Assembly: GCA_964415885.1 (NCBI GenBank)
Contig: CAYQCE010000001.1
Span: 8,871 to 72,870, forward strand
Reading direction: 5' to 3'
Length of the DNA: 64,000 nucleotides
From: an uncultured Ignavibacteria bacterium
Lineage (GTDB): Bacteria > Zixibacteria > MSB-5A5 > JAABVY01 > JAHJOQ01
Position 1 is the first letter of the stretch; each line of letters begins with the position of its first letter. This document shows, one piece after another, positions 1 to 9,428 of the stretch. A program made the position numbers and the translations under genes. The notes beneath the pieces are model-generated. The model was not told where the DNA came from, did no database searches, and saw only the letters and a program-made list of their open reading frames with translations.

Positions 1-611
1 AGGAGGTAGTTGGGCGATGCCTCGAGCATTGGTACCGTCAGTTCCCGCCCTTCTATATACTGCTCGACTATCACGCCTTCGGGGTATTCATCCAGGAGCT
101 CGCCAACGACTTTCTCAGCGTTCTTTCTCGACTCCGCCACAGACTGCTGCGTGATCCCCATACTCGATCCCTCGTAGTTCGGCTTTATGAAGACCGGAAA
201 TTCGAGATCGTCGGGAATGTCGGGATAATCCTCTGTGATAAGGCATCCTTTCGGAACCTGAATGTCCCTGATGTCGAGCAGCTTCTGTACGAGACGTTTG
301 TCGAGTCCGGCATGCAGGAGCCCCGGCGTACCGCCCGTGTAGGGCATTCCAAGCAGCTCGTATATGGCTGGATAGTATGATTCTCGCCTCTTGCCGCCGA
401 CACCTTCGGCCATATTGAACACCAGATCGGGATGTGAATCGACGAGTTCGTCGGTTACCTTCCCCGGTGGTCCGGATACTTCTACAGGTGTCACCTTGTG
501 ACCGAGTTCCTCGAGCGCAGAAACGAGCCTGTCTACGTAGTCCTGTGTGAACAGCTCCGCTTCACTCTCATCCTCAGACCTGCGGAGGTTGTAGGTAAAT
601 GTGATTCTCAT
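1..611 (-). CDS. ATP-grasp enzyme of the D-alanine--D-alanine ligase family; gene runs off the window edge, N-terminus at 611
   Basis: Manual minus-strand translation from the ATG at 611-609 gives MRITFTYNLRRSEDESEAELFTQDYVDRLVSALEELGHKV...PYTGGTPGLLHAGLDKRL...VFIKPNYEGSSMGI, which matches Ddl-family ATP-grasp motifs. The ORF is open to position 1 and so was absent from the supplied ORF track. Confidence 0.6.
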   Translation of the reverse strand, partial: MRITFTYNLRRSEDESEAELFTQDYVDRLVSALEELGHKVTPVEVSGPPGKVTDELVDSHPDLVFNMAEGVGGKRRESYYPAIYELLGMPYTGGTPGLLHAGLDKRLVQKLLDIRDIQVPKGCLITEDYPDIPDDLEFPVFIKPNYEGSSMGITQQSVAESRKNAEKVVGELLDEYPEGVIVEQYIEGRELTVPMLEASPNYL

Positions 612-708
612 ATCTCGAGTCTTGCCACCTCCCGCTGTGGCTGTTCCAACATCATTCCCTTGCTATCTGTAACACGCTACTGAAGTCATTGTTGCGACTG
701 CATGGCTG

Positions 709-2301
709 TCAGGGAACTCGCATCGTTAGAAGAGATAACGCCAGCGCATAGATCTTTACGTTCTCGATGTAACGTTCGATTGTCACTCGCTCATCAATCT
801 CGTGCGCCAGTTCGGGATCTCCGGCCTGAACATCACGAGGACCGAATGACACGGCATTCGGGAATCCCTTTGAGTAGGTCGTTCCGCTAAGAGCTGTGAG
901 GTTCGGCTGCCGTTTGGTGATTGACTCATATGCGAGCTGCAGTGTGTACAGGAACTCCGGGAATTCGTCTGGTGAGACGTAGAGCGGTTCCTGAACTCGC
1001 CCGCGGAGCCTTGAGTGGATAGATATCCTGCGGTTCTGATTAGAGATTTCATCCGCAACTTCAGCGAAAGACTTCCTGACTCTCGGGCTGTCGATCCCAG
1101 TCGGAAATCGGATGTTGAATATCGCCTTGCCCGATCCGGCGCCGAACTCGATCACACCGAGGTTGATCGTGGTGTCGCCGGAGTACTCGTCGTGATGCGA
1201 TATCCCGAACCCTGATCCATCGAGGTGACCGGCCCTTTTCCTGAGTTCTCGCGCAAAATATTGCAGGCCGGGATTTATGTCATCGATCATATCGAGAAAT
1301 GCAAGAGCATCCAGGGCAGCGTTGTGGCCGTTTTCCGGAAAGGCACTGTGCGCGCTTTCGCCCTTGAACTGTATGCTGAACAGAGTCCAGCCGGGAAGTC
1401 CGGCGTCTGCCTCGTATCTGAGTTCCGCTTCCGGAGCGGATGTCGATTCTCGCAACTCGACTATCTTGTTTGCGAGCTTCTGTGCGACAGACTCCATTTG
1501 GAAGTCGGGTGCGCGAAGCTTGAGTGTCGCCAATGCCGGAACCATATTGTGACGCTCACCGCTGTGAAGCCCGACAAACTCGATCTCGCTGTTGTTCTGA
1601 CTTGCGACTTCCCACGACACTCGCCATTCGATCATCGCCATACCCTTCTCGGCATTCACGATCGGAAAGATTCCGTCAGGCACGATTGTGACATCTGGAA
1701 TCTCGCCTTTCTCTCTAAGAAGATCGACATCCGGCCAGTCGTCGGTCTCCTCCAGGGTACCGATCAGCACACGGATATCTTTGAGCGGTTCGAGTTCGAG
1801 GCTTCTTATAGCATCGAGTGCAGCGAAAATCGCAGCAACCGGGCCTTTGTCGTCCTGCGCGCCTCGTCCCCAGATCGCTCCATCCGCGACCGCACCGGAG
1901 AACGGCGGATGTGTCCATCCGTTGGTCACAGGCACTACATCGATATGTGCAGCGACACCAACTGATCCTGTCGATCCCGGTCCTACGCCCAGCTCGGCGA
2001 CCGCGGCCAGGTTGTCGTAATTGCGAAACATCATCCCGAGTCGCTCGGACTCAACTTCGAGATAGCTCAAGCACTTGCTTATTTCGGCCCTAAAGTCGTC
2101 TTCCTCTCGAGATGTTCTTGCCCCGCTGATCGTCTTGAATCGCAGCAGCCCGGAGAGGAAGTTGATGTAGTGATTGCGGCGTTCCTCGACCAGCCCGTCA
2201 ATTTGCGATGATAGTCTCGCTATCTCTGCGCCTGTGAAGAGATCCTTCAAGTTTATCACATCCTTACGATGGAGTTGGTGGTACATCTTATAGGATTGCA
2301 T
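709..2301 (-). CDS. M20-family metallopeptidase (dipeptidase, PepV/Sapep-like)
   Basis: 555-aa ORF with the AAHIDVVP...WGRGAQDDKGP metal-binding motifs typical of M20 peptidases. The start is uncertain between MQSYK at 2301 and MYHQ at 2286; neither has a clear SD. Confidence 0.75.
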   Translation of the reverse strand: MQSYKMYHQLHRKDVINLKDLFTGAEIARLSSQIDGLVEERRNHYINFLSGLLRFKTISGARTSREEDDFRAEISKCLSYLEVESERLGMMFRNYDNLAAVAELGVGPGSTGSVGVAAHIDVVPVTNGWTHPPFSGAVADGAIWGRGAQDDKGPVAAIFAALDAIRSLELEPLKDIRVLIGTLEETDDWPDVDLLREKGEIPDVTIVPDGIFPIVNAEKGMAMIEWRVSWEVASQNNSEIEFVGLHSGERHNMVPALATLKLRAPDFQMESVAQKLANKIVELRESTSAPEAELRYEADAGLPGWTLFSIQFKGESAHSAFPENGHNAALDALAFLDMIDDINPGLQYFARELRKRAGHLDGSGFGISHHDEYSGDTTINLGVIEFGAGSGKAIFNIRFPTGIDSPRVRKSFAEVADEISNQNRRISIHSRLRGRVQEPLYVSPDEFPEFLYTLQLAYESITKRQPNLTALSGTTYSKGFPNAVSFGPRDVQAGDPELAHEIDERVTIERYIENVKIYALALSLLTMRVP

Positions 2302-2451
2302 TCTTAGGCGAATTGTTCGAAAAAAGCGGCTGATTGACGTGACTTTAGTCTGATTGGCGGTGCATTTTGAAGACAAATCTCGGTCGGGGACAAAAATAAC
2401 GGCGGGTTCGTAGATGAACCCGCCGCGAAGAATAGGTCTTGGTGCAGGAGC

Positions 2452-3882
2452 TTAGTCGCAGGAGCCGGGACCTATTTCACCTTCATTGAATTGTCTGAAA
2501 ATGTCATCGAGTTCTCGGACGAGTCGCTTTTCGTCGGCATTGAGGCGTCTCCAGTGATACCAGCGGTGCTCGGCGAGGAAGGCATCCGCTTCAACAATTT
2601 CGTCGGCGATTTCATCCGGGGTAGCTCCGTAGGCGATATTCAGCTTGGCAGCGAGGAACTCAGAATACAGTCGTGTGATGCCGTTCGAGTTGCTTCGCGC
2701 ATTCGCCATGAGCAGTATCAGCTTTGCCTGAATAGATGACCGTACGAGTACGCTGTGTCTGCCTCCTTCGTTTCCGAGCCAGATGGGAAGGAACTGGCCT
2801 ACGAGGTCACGTTTCCAGCCGAATCCCGAATGGTGCTGCCAGTATTTCCTGCTGTGTGTGCAGGATGTGTCAGATGCGACCGGGTAGTAGATTCCAGCGG
2901 TGTAGTTCTCGACGTGCTGGCTTGCTGCAACCGTGAAGCACTCGGTCAGACCCGTGAGGGGATCGGCGTCGCTGTCGAACAAGTCATCCGAGCCGGCGTT
3001 CGCGGGGCTGAATGTATAATCCGGCGGCAAACTGAATTCGAGCTTGTAATTGCCTGCGGGAAGACTATCGAACAGAAAATGACCGGTGGAATCGGTGATT
3101 AAGCTGGCGACAAATTGCCCGCTGCATTCGTGAAGATTCGTCATTATTCCGGCGAATCCGGATTCGTCCTGGTCCATGATGCCGTTCTTGTTCGCATCAT
3201 TCCATACTCTGCTGCCGACACTTGCGTCGTTGACTTCGTAGACGACCGCCGGAATGTCGAATCGGATCAGTGCATGTTTGTCGAGCGGCGCGCCGGACAT
3301 ATTCGCGACCATCAGCAGAGAATTGCCTTCAGTGTTGTTGGTTGGCATTGCCTGATCGATGAAGACATCGGCAAGCGGAAACGCGGTATCGCACACCGGG
3401 CCATCGGCGGTCAAGATACATATCTCGAGGTATGGCGAATAGCCCGATCTCTCGCTGCTGAAGAGCACAGCGGGCGAGAATCCGGCAGTGACCTGCTCGA
3501 TGAGAAGACCGTAGTTTGCGTGTTCCTCTGCTGTCCATGAATTTGCCAGAGCAGTTACATCTACCGAATACCATCCCTTTGAATTGGCGGTGAATGATCC
3601 GGATACGTCGGAGCTGAACGCAGCCCCAAATGAGTTCCATGACACGGTGCTGGCGTTCCAGTCGGACGTGATTCGGTGAATAATCAGGGTCTGCTGGTTG
3701 GGACCATCGACCCAGACATGGAGTGTTGCTCCGGATAGCTCTACTGGTGCTGAAAGCGGAGCGATCTCCTCGGTAATCACTACGTCACCGTTCGGCGCAA
3801 CTGGGGAATCCTGCTTACCGCAGCTCGTAAGGTGAATGAGCAGCAGTATGGCAACGATTACGAGACCTCTTCTTATGATCAT
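2452..3882 (-). CDS. Secreted lipoprotein with Cna-B/SdrD-type and DNRLRE-like beta-sandwich domains
   Basis: N-terminus MIIRRGLVIVAILLLIHLTSC carries an LTSC lipobox. It contains SD-repeat/CnaB-like VWNDANKNGIMDQDESGFAGI and a WNASTVSWNS...ANYGLLIEQ segment reminiscent of the DNRLRE domain. Confidence 0.5.
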   Translation of the reverse strand: MIIRRGLVIVAILLLIHLTSCGKQDSPVAPNGDVVITEEIAPLSAPVELSGATLHVWVDGPNQQTLIIHRITSDWNASTVSWNSFGAAFSSDVSGSFTANSKGWYSVDVTALANSWTAEEHANYGLLIEQVTAGFSPAVLFSSERSGYSPYLEICILTADGPVCDTAFPLADVFIDQAMPTNNTEGNSLLMVANMSGAPLDKHALIRFDIPAVVYEVNDASVGSRVWNDANKNGIMDQDESGFAGIMTNLHECSGQFVASLITDSTGHFLFDSLPAGNYKLEFSLPPDYTFSPANAGSDDLFDSDADPLTGLTECFTVAASQHVENYTAGIYYPVASDTSCTHSRKYWQHHSGFGWKRDLVGQFLPIWLGNEGGRHSVLVRSSIQAKLILLMANARSNSNGITRLYSEFLAAKLNIAYGATPDEIADEIVEADAFLAEHRWYHWRRLNADEKRLVRELDDIFRQFNEGEIGPGSCD

Positions 3883-4377
3883 GACGAGTGCTCCTCTTTT
3901 ATGGGCGTGAATGCGGAATACTCCGCAGAGTAGGGTATTGCGAAAGGCGTGCCCAGTTAAGTGGAATGATACGAATACGTATAAGCCAGAGCCTCACAGG
4001 GATTTAGCTCGATCACTCAATCTCGCCGGTTGTTGTTTCAGTCTGCAACTCTTGCTCAGGGGATGAGCAGGTGGAGGCCTTTGAACAGAGGCGGCCGGAG
4101 GAGGTCGCAAAACATGATGTCAACAGGTGTCCACATGCGTTCCAGGCTTCGAAGCATTTGTCGCAACAACCTCAATCAGAACTGGTTCTCGCCGCGAATC
4201 ATGTGTGGCAATCAGCGTTGAGAAATCATGCACGTAGAAAGTTCTGTCCATATAACCCATGCCGGGCTAATCCCCCAACCTCAAGTACAGCCTTGACTTA
4301 ATCTGAAAATCCGCTAACTTAGTCCTGTTACATCTCAGTCGGGCCTGCCGGCTGTTCTATCCATTAGTTCGAAGCAG

Positions 4378-6081
4378 ATGTCAATGTATATACAAAGGAG
4401 ATCCGCAGTGCTGAGCATACCCAAACAGTTATTCTGCGCCTGCCTCGCGGTGTCGCTGATAGCACCGCTTGCCTTCGCCGATGATCAGACGGAAACGGCG
4501 GTCGAGGGCGAGAAGCACGAAGCTGTCTACTATCTACAAGATGGGCCGCGACAGGTGGCGTTTGATCCCGTGACCGGCGAATCGGAGCAGGTTCAGACCG
4601 AGATCATCTGGAAGCCGATCTGTTCTGGAGAAGCCCATGATCTGACGAACGCCGAGTTCCGGTCGTGGGTACGCGAGCACAATGCGGCAATGGAGATGAG
4701 ATCATATCAGCCGATAAACACGTCCGCGCCGGCTCGGGGGCTTGACGTCGTCATCCTGACCGACGGTTCAGTGCCTGCGGATGCTGTCGCAGCTCTCGTA
4801 GATGTCGAGCTGTATCTCGAGGCCACATTCGACGATCCAGTTACTGTCAGAGTGAGTATCGATTTCGATCCCAGCCTGCCCGGTGGAACACTGGGCGCAA
4901 CCGGTGTATATACCGCGAGTCCGATTGCGTGGAGCACGACCCGGGTGAGATTGACCGACGATATGGACCCGGATGATATCGTGCATGACTACCTGCCGTT
5001 CTCTTCCCTGCCGGTGCGCTACAACGGCGGCTCGACTACAGTTACGAATGAAACTCGCTGCTATTTCGCGTGGGCGAACTACGGTGCGGTCGGTTACACA
5101 ATTACCGGGCTCTCAGGCGCGATATCATTTAATCCGTCGGTGAGCTGGGACTATGACCCAAGCGATGGTGTCACGTGGAACAGGTACTGCTTCCAGTCCG
5201 TCGCAGTGCACGAGATAGGACATGCGCTCGGGTTTATCACAAGAGCGGAGGAATGGTATCAGCCGAATGAGGATGTTTTCTGCATGGATATTTTCCGATT
5301 CCAGCACACCGATGGTTCCGGTGACTACAACCCGGACGTGATAGCCGAATTTGAGACAACCCCGCGTCTTGTGGATTACAATTATCCTAACGACACACAC
5401 AATTCCAATCTGTTCAATCTCGACGGCGATGATATCGAGTGGCGCATGTCGGACGGCAGCCCGTACCAGGCGTCGCATCTGAGGCCGGGTGTCAACGGCA
5501 TAATGGTGCCGTACAGTGGGACGGGCGAAACCGACTACCCTGACTTTTTCAAGCAGGCCGATCTCGATATTTTCGATGCCATGGGCTGGGACTACTGGAC
5601 GACATTCCCGGATGCTGACGGAGACGGTATCGTGGATCGTGACGACAACTGCCCGCTTGTCAATAATCCCGGACAGGAGAACAGCGATACCGATGAATTC
5701 GGGGACAGTTGCGACAATTGCATCCATGTCGACAATCCGGAGCAGGACGATGGCGACGGCGACTCTGTCGGTGATTTGTGTGATAACTGCCCGGACGACT
5801 ACAATCCGGACCAGCTCGATTCAAACGGTAACGGTGTCGGAGATGTGTGCGATTTCGTGTGCGGAGATTGCGACCGCAGCATGGCTGTCGATATCGATGA
5901 TGTCGTGATGCTCATCGCTTACGTTTTCCAGTCCGGTACTCCACCGGATCCTGAAGAAGCGGGGGATGTCGACTGCTCGGGCGTAATCGACATTGATGAT
6001 ATCGTTTCCCTCGTGGCTTACGTGTTTTCCGACGGAAACAGTCCGTGTGATCCGGATGGCGACCTGATCCCGGATTGCTGA
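4378..6081 (+). CDS. Secreted zinc metalloprotease (HEIGHALGF zincin) with thrombospondin type-3 repeats and a C-terminal dockerin-like domain
   Basis: A signal peptide is present. An alternative GTG start at 4408 has AAAGGAG 7 nt upstream and gives MLSIPKQLFCACLAVSLIAPLAFA. The HExxH motif is SVAVHEIGHALGF. TSP3 repeats (DADGDGIVDRDDNCP..NPGQENSDTD..DNC..NPEQDDGDGD..DNCPDDYNPDQLD) lie at nt ~5605-5850. The C-terminal dockerin-like double Ca-loop reads GDCDRSMAVDIDDVVMLIAYVF / GDVDCSGVIDIDDIVSLVAYVF. Confidence 0.75.
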   Translation: MSMYIQRRSAVLSIPKQLFCACLAVSLIAPLAFADDQTETAVEGEKHEAVYYLQDGPRQVAFDPVTGESEQVQTEIIWKPICSGEAHDLTNAEFRSWVREHNAAMEMRSYQPINTSAPARGLDVVILTDGSVPADAVAALVDVELYLEATFDDPVTVRVSIDFDPSLPGGTLGATGVYTASPIAWSTTRVRLTDDMDPDDIVHDYLPFSSLPVRYNGGSTTVTNETRCYFAWANYGAVGYTITGLSGAISFNPSVSWDYDPSDGVTWNRYCFQSVAVHEIGHALGFITRAEEWYQPNEDVFCMDIFRFQHTDGSGDYNPDVIAEFETTPRLVDYNYPNDTHNSNLFNLDGDDIEWRMSDGSPYQASHLRPGVNGIMVPYSGTGETDYPDFFKQADLDIFDAMGWDYWTTFPDADGDGIVDRDDNCPLVNNPGQENSDTDEFGDSCDNCIHVDNPEQDDGDGDSVGDLCDNCPDDYNPDQLDSNGNGVGDVCDFVCGDCDRSMAVDIDDVVMLIAYVFQSGTPPDPEEAGDVDCSGVIDIDDIVSLVAYVFSDGNSPCDPDGDLIPDC

Positions 6082-6106
6082 TCGAACACAGTTCGGAGAT
6101 TGTCTG

Positions 6107-7309
6107 ATGTGGAGATTCCTGGCCGCTCTATTGCTGCTTTTCGCTCTGGTCAAGGCGAGCTCAGCCGTGATCATAGTTTCGGACGGGCCGCACAACGACT
6201 ATGAGTCGTGGATAGGGCGTATTCCCGATGGTCGTTTGATGATCCTGTTCGACAGGAATCCCGACTGGGCGTCAGGGGATATCTACTCCACCTTCTCCGA
6301 CGACGATGGCATCTCATGGTCCGAGGCTCAGATTGCTGTTTCAGGGTTTGGCGATCAGGCGACACTGAGTTATGTCGTCATGCCGGACGACACCGTTCGT
6401 CTATTCTATGCTTCGAATGAGACGGGCACATACAAAATCTATGAAGCGGTATCGTATAGCTGTACAACGTGGGCCGGAAGGGGCATGATCAATCTCGGAT
6501 GGTCCGTCGGCACGAATTGTTTCGACCCGACAGTCATTGTTGAAGCTGATGGCTCGCTGACAATGAGCTATGTTGTTGCCGGATCTGGCGTATATGTCGC
6601 TCACAAGCCGCTGAGCGGAGCGTGGGATCAGGATAAGGTCCAGCTCGCGACGTCGGCGTATCGTCCGCGCATAGCGAAGCACTCCGACGGGACATACATC
6701 TGCGTCTACCACAAACGCACCGGAACATCGTCACAGTATGATGTCTTTGCTCGAAAGTCCACAGGTTTGACGAACTGGTCGGAGCCGGAGAGGCTGACAT
6801 ACAATCAGAATTCACACGATCCTTTCGTCACAGAACTTCCGGACGGTTCGTATGCCGTATATTATGCGAAGTATGTGGCACCGGCCTATAATCTCTGCAG
6901 GAGGATGTCGTACGATGGCGAGTCGTGGGAATCGGAGGAACAAATCACCAGCGACGACGTGAACAACACTCAGCCACATCTTCTGTGCGAACCCGAGATG
7001 GCATATCTCGTGTGGGCTCATGCGGTGAGTTATCCCGATGACCACGATGTTTATCTCGAGAGATACGCATTCGAGCCGCAATACCTCTGTGGAGACTGCG
7101 ACTCATCCGACGGTGTCGATATTGACGACATCGTGCTTCTAATCGCATTCGTCTTTCAGGGAGGGACAAGCCCCGATCCCGCTGAAGCGGGGGATGTCGA
7201 CTGCTCCGCGGCCATAGATATCGATGACATAGTGTATCTCATCTCGTACGTGTTCGCCGGAGGTCCCGCTCCATGTGATCCCGGTGGTGACGGCCTTCCC
7301 GATTGCTGA
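6107..7309 (+). CDS. Secreted BNR/Asp-box beta-propeller (sialidase-like) protein with a C-terminal dockerin-like domain
   Basis: Signal peptide MWRFLAALLLLFALVKASSA. BNR motifs are SDDDGISWS, HSDGTYI and SYDGESWES. The C-terminus reads [23 protein letters not shown]...GDVDCSAAIDIDDIVYLISYVF. Confidence 0.65.
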   Translation: MWRFLAALLLLFALVKASSAVIIVSDGPHNDYESWIGRIPDGRLMILFDRNPDWASGDIYSTFSDDDGISWSEAQIAVSGFGDQATLSYVVMPDDTVRLFYASNETGTYKIYEAVSYSCTTWAGRGMINLGWSVGTNCFDPTVIVEADGSLTMSYVVAGSGVYVAHKPLSGAWDQDKVQLATSAYRPRIAKHSDGTYICVYHKRTGTSSQYDVFARKSTGLTNWSEPERLTYNQNSHDPFVTELPDGSYAVYYAKYVAPAYNLCRRMSYDGESWESEEQITSDDVNNTQPHLLCEPEMAYLVWAHAVSYPDDHDVYLERYAFEPQYLCGDCDSSDGVDIDDIVLLIAFVFQGGTSPDPAEAGDVDCSAAIDIDDIVYLISYVFAGGPAPCDPGGDGLPDC

Positions 7310-7369
7310 ATCAGGATTGACACATTCATTTCTACACCTATCATTTAATGAATAACCATAGCCGATGAG

Positions 7370-8026
7370 GTGAGCGTGGAATACTCCGAGGACGAAATCC
7401 GGTCCAGATGTGAAAGTTTCTGGAGGCGATGCTTTTCGCAGCTGGAAGGGGAGCTTCCGGAGCTGCCTGAGACCGTTCTGCATCCACTCTGTGATAGATT
7501 AATTGCACGGAATTGCCGCAGTGTGTTGGATCTTGGCTGTGGCTACGGCAGGTTTGCTCTGGCGCTTGCCAAAGAAGGATTCGATCTAACAGCTGTAGAC
7601 ATTTCGCAGGAGGCAATCGCGATTCTCGCAAGTACCGCCATTGAGCGTGGATTGCAGATTGAGACTATCACAGAATCAACAGACCGGTTCTGCAGACCCG
7701 ACTCGTTTGATGCCGTCCTGTGCGTGTCTGTGCTCGATCATATGCCGTTTGAGTGGGCAGAGCGGGCTACCCAGAACATTCGGATGAGTCTCAAGTCGAA
7801 CGGTCTGCTGTATACGACATTCGATCATGTTGATTCTGAAGAACAAACAGATGACATTGCTGAGCTATCGGATGGAACGCTCTTCCATGTCACAGGTGAG
7901 AGCGAGGGTTTGCTCTGGAGATATTTCACCGACGAAGAAATCAGATGGCTCTTCTCAAAATTCGAGCTTCAGTCCTTTGAAACCACTGAATCCGGCGCAA
8001 GGAGAATCTGGGCATCACGGGTCTGA
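7370..8026 (+). CDS. Class I SAM-dependent methyltransferase
   Basis: Motif I is VLDLGCGYGRFALALAKEGFDLTAVDIS. The ORF uses a GTG start, with a possible alternative GTG at 7376 after GAGGTG. Confidence 0.7.
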   Translation: MSVEYSEDEIRSRCESFWRRCFSQLEGELPELPETVLHPLCDRLIARNCRSVLDLGCGYGRFALALAKEGFDLTAVDISQEAIAILASTAIERGLQIETITESTDRFCRPDSFDAVLCVSVLDHMPFEWAERATQNIRMSLKSNGLLYTTFDHVDSEEQTDDIAELSDGTLFHVTGESEGLLWRYFTDEEIRWLFSKFELQSFETTESGARRIWASRV

Positions 8027-8230
8027 CGCGAGCAGAGTCTTCTAAAGAAAAATGTATCAAACAGCCTGTGTCGACGCACTTGTATAATGGCATGTTATGA
8101 GTGTGCTTAGGCGGAGGATGTGGCGAGACCGTCCGAAGAACTGCCCTTACTTCTACAGCAACAAAGTAGGTTTCAGATAATATTCGCACCAATTGAAATC
8201 GGATTTGTGGAGTGATATTCGGGAATTTGA

Positions 8231-8803
8231 ATGACTGTTTCACGTGAAGACAACCTGGCCCGCATGCTTGCCAACTGCAGGAATGGTGACCGTGACGCAT
8301 GGAATGAGTTGATTGAAGTTGTAGCGCCGGTCATCTTTTCTGTCTGCAAGCGCGCCAGGCTGTCACGTGATGAGAGCTTCGATATATATGGTCAGATTTG
8401 TCTTGAGCTGGTGAGATCGATTGCCGAGGTAGAATCTCCTTCGAGCATTACTGCATATGTGGCGACGATCACCAAACGCAAAATCTACCGAATCTATAGG
8501 CGAATGCAGATATTCGAGCGGATTTCCGACGATGTACAGGAATTCCTGCATGGAAGAAAGGTGGAGGATCCGGAGCTCTCTTATGGCCAAATCGAGAAAA
8601 GGAGAGTACTCAAGGATGCGATTTCCGAACTGCCGGAGCGCGACGGACGACTGATAGAGATGCTCTTTCTCGATCCCGGTGAGCCGAGTTACAGGGATAT
8701 ATCTGATAAGCTCGGCATGCCGGTCTCGTCGATTGGCCCCACGCGTATGCGCGCACTCAGGGAACTGCAGCGAATACTGAGGCGCCGGGGATATAGAAGA
8801 TAG
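8231..8803 (+). CDS. ECF-type RNA polymerase sigma factor (sigma-70 regions 2 and 4)
   Basis: 190 aa. The region-2-like segment is FDIYGQICLELVRSI...YVATITKRKIYR. The region-4 HTH is YRDISDKLGMPVSSIGPTRMRALRELQ. Confidence 0.8.
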   Translation: MTVSREDNLARMLANCRNGDRDAWNELIEVVAPVIFSVCKRARLSRDESFDIYGQICLELVRSIAEVESPSSITAYVATITKRKIYRIYRRMQIFERISDDVQEFLHGRKVEDPELSYGQIEKRRVLKDAISELPERDGRLIEMLFLDPGEPSYRDISDKLGMPVSSIGPTRMRALRELQRILRRRGYRR

Positions 8804-8837
8804 TATTTTAGGAGGTGTTTCAGGGCACTCCAACGAG

Positions 8838-9428
8838 GTGAAGATGGATAAAAATCGCGGCAAAAACGACGAAGATAGACTTCTCGAGGTTTATCTCGCG
8901 CGGGAGGATTTCGCGGATCGAGCGGAGTTGCTTCGAAGACTAAGGGTCGATAGCAGCTTCCGCCGGGTGCTGATCGATCTTCTCGAGATCCGGGCCGATG
9001 ATGCTGCCGGCTGGGATGCAGTGATGCCGGCGGCACGTGAGCTGGCACGAGGGATCATCGATAGCGTCGTGAAGGATGGTCAGCGCAATGCCGGCGTGAT
9101 CACTTACGATTCGAGTCTGCTGCCGTTGCCGGATGGAGTCCGCAGCGCCGGAGTTGACACACGGCGGCTGAAAGTTGACCTGAATGGCGGTAGGCTCTCG
9201 GTGTCTCTGTATCCGGTCACGCCGAAGTCGTACCGAGTGATGGGTCGACTTCATGACGTCGAGAGTCCGGAAGATTTCACGGCAGTGCTTAATGCACAGA
9301 GCAAGACAGTAAGAGCGCGATGCAACGAGGGCGGAGTGTTCATCCTGGATAGGGTGCCCGCCGGGACATGCGACATTACTCTGCGACGTGGTCAGGAATT
9401 AGTCTCGAAGTTCACAGTTTCGATATGA
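8838..9428 (+). CDS. Hypothetical cytoplasmic protein, a candidate anti-sigma or sigma-associated partner, with a C-terminal CarboxypepD_reg-like beta domain
   Basis: ~195 aa with no transmembrane segment or signal peptide. The N-terminal helical region is LLEVYLAREDFADRAELLRRLRVDSSFRRVLIDLLEI. The C-terminus GGVFILDRVPAGTCDITL resembles a carboxypeptidase regulatory-like fold. The likely start is the ATG at 8844, 6 nt after GAGGTG. Its stop overlaps the next gene's start (ATGA at 9425-9428). Confidence 0.5.
   Translation: MKMDKNRGKNDEDRLLEVYLAREDFADRAELLRRLRVDSSFRRVLIDLLEIRADDAAGWDAVMPAARELARGIIDSVVKDGQRNAGVITYDSSLLPLPDGVRSAGVDTRRLKVDLNGGRLSVSLYPVTPKSYRVMGRLHDVESPEDFTAVLNAQSKTVRARCNEGGVFILDRVPAGTCDITLRRGQELVSKFTVSI

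Noticed and set aside
8085-8100. TTGTATAAT extended -10-like element ~140 nt upstream of the ECF sigma gene
   Set aside because: No convincing -35 at the proper spacing and no ECF-type (GGAAC...CGTC) autoregulatory promoter was found. An isolated TATAAT in a 200-bp gap is weak evidence.
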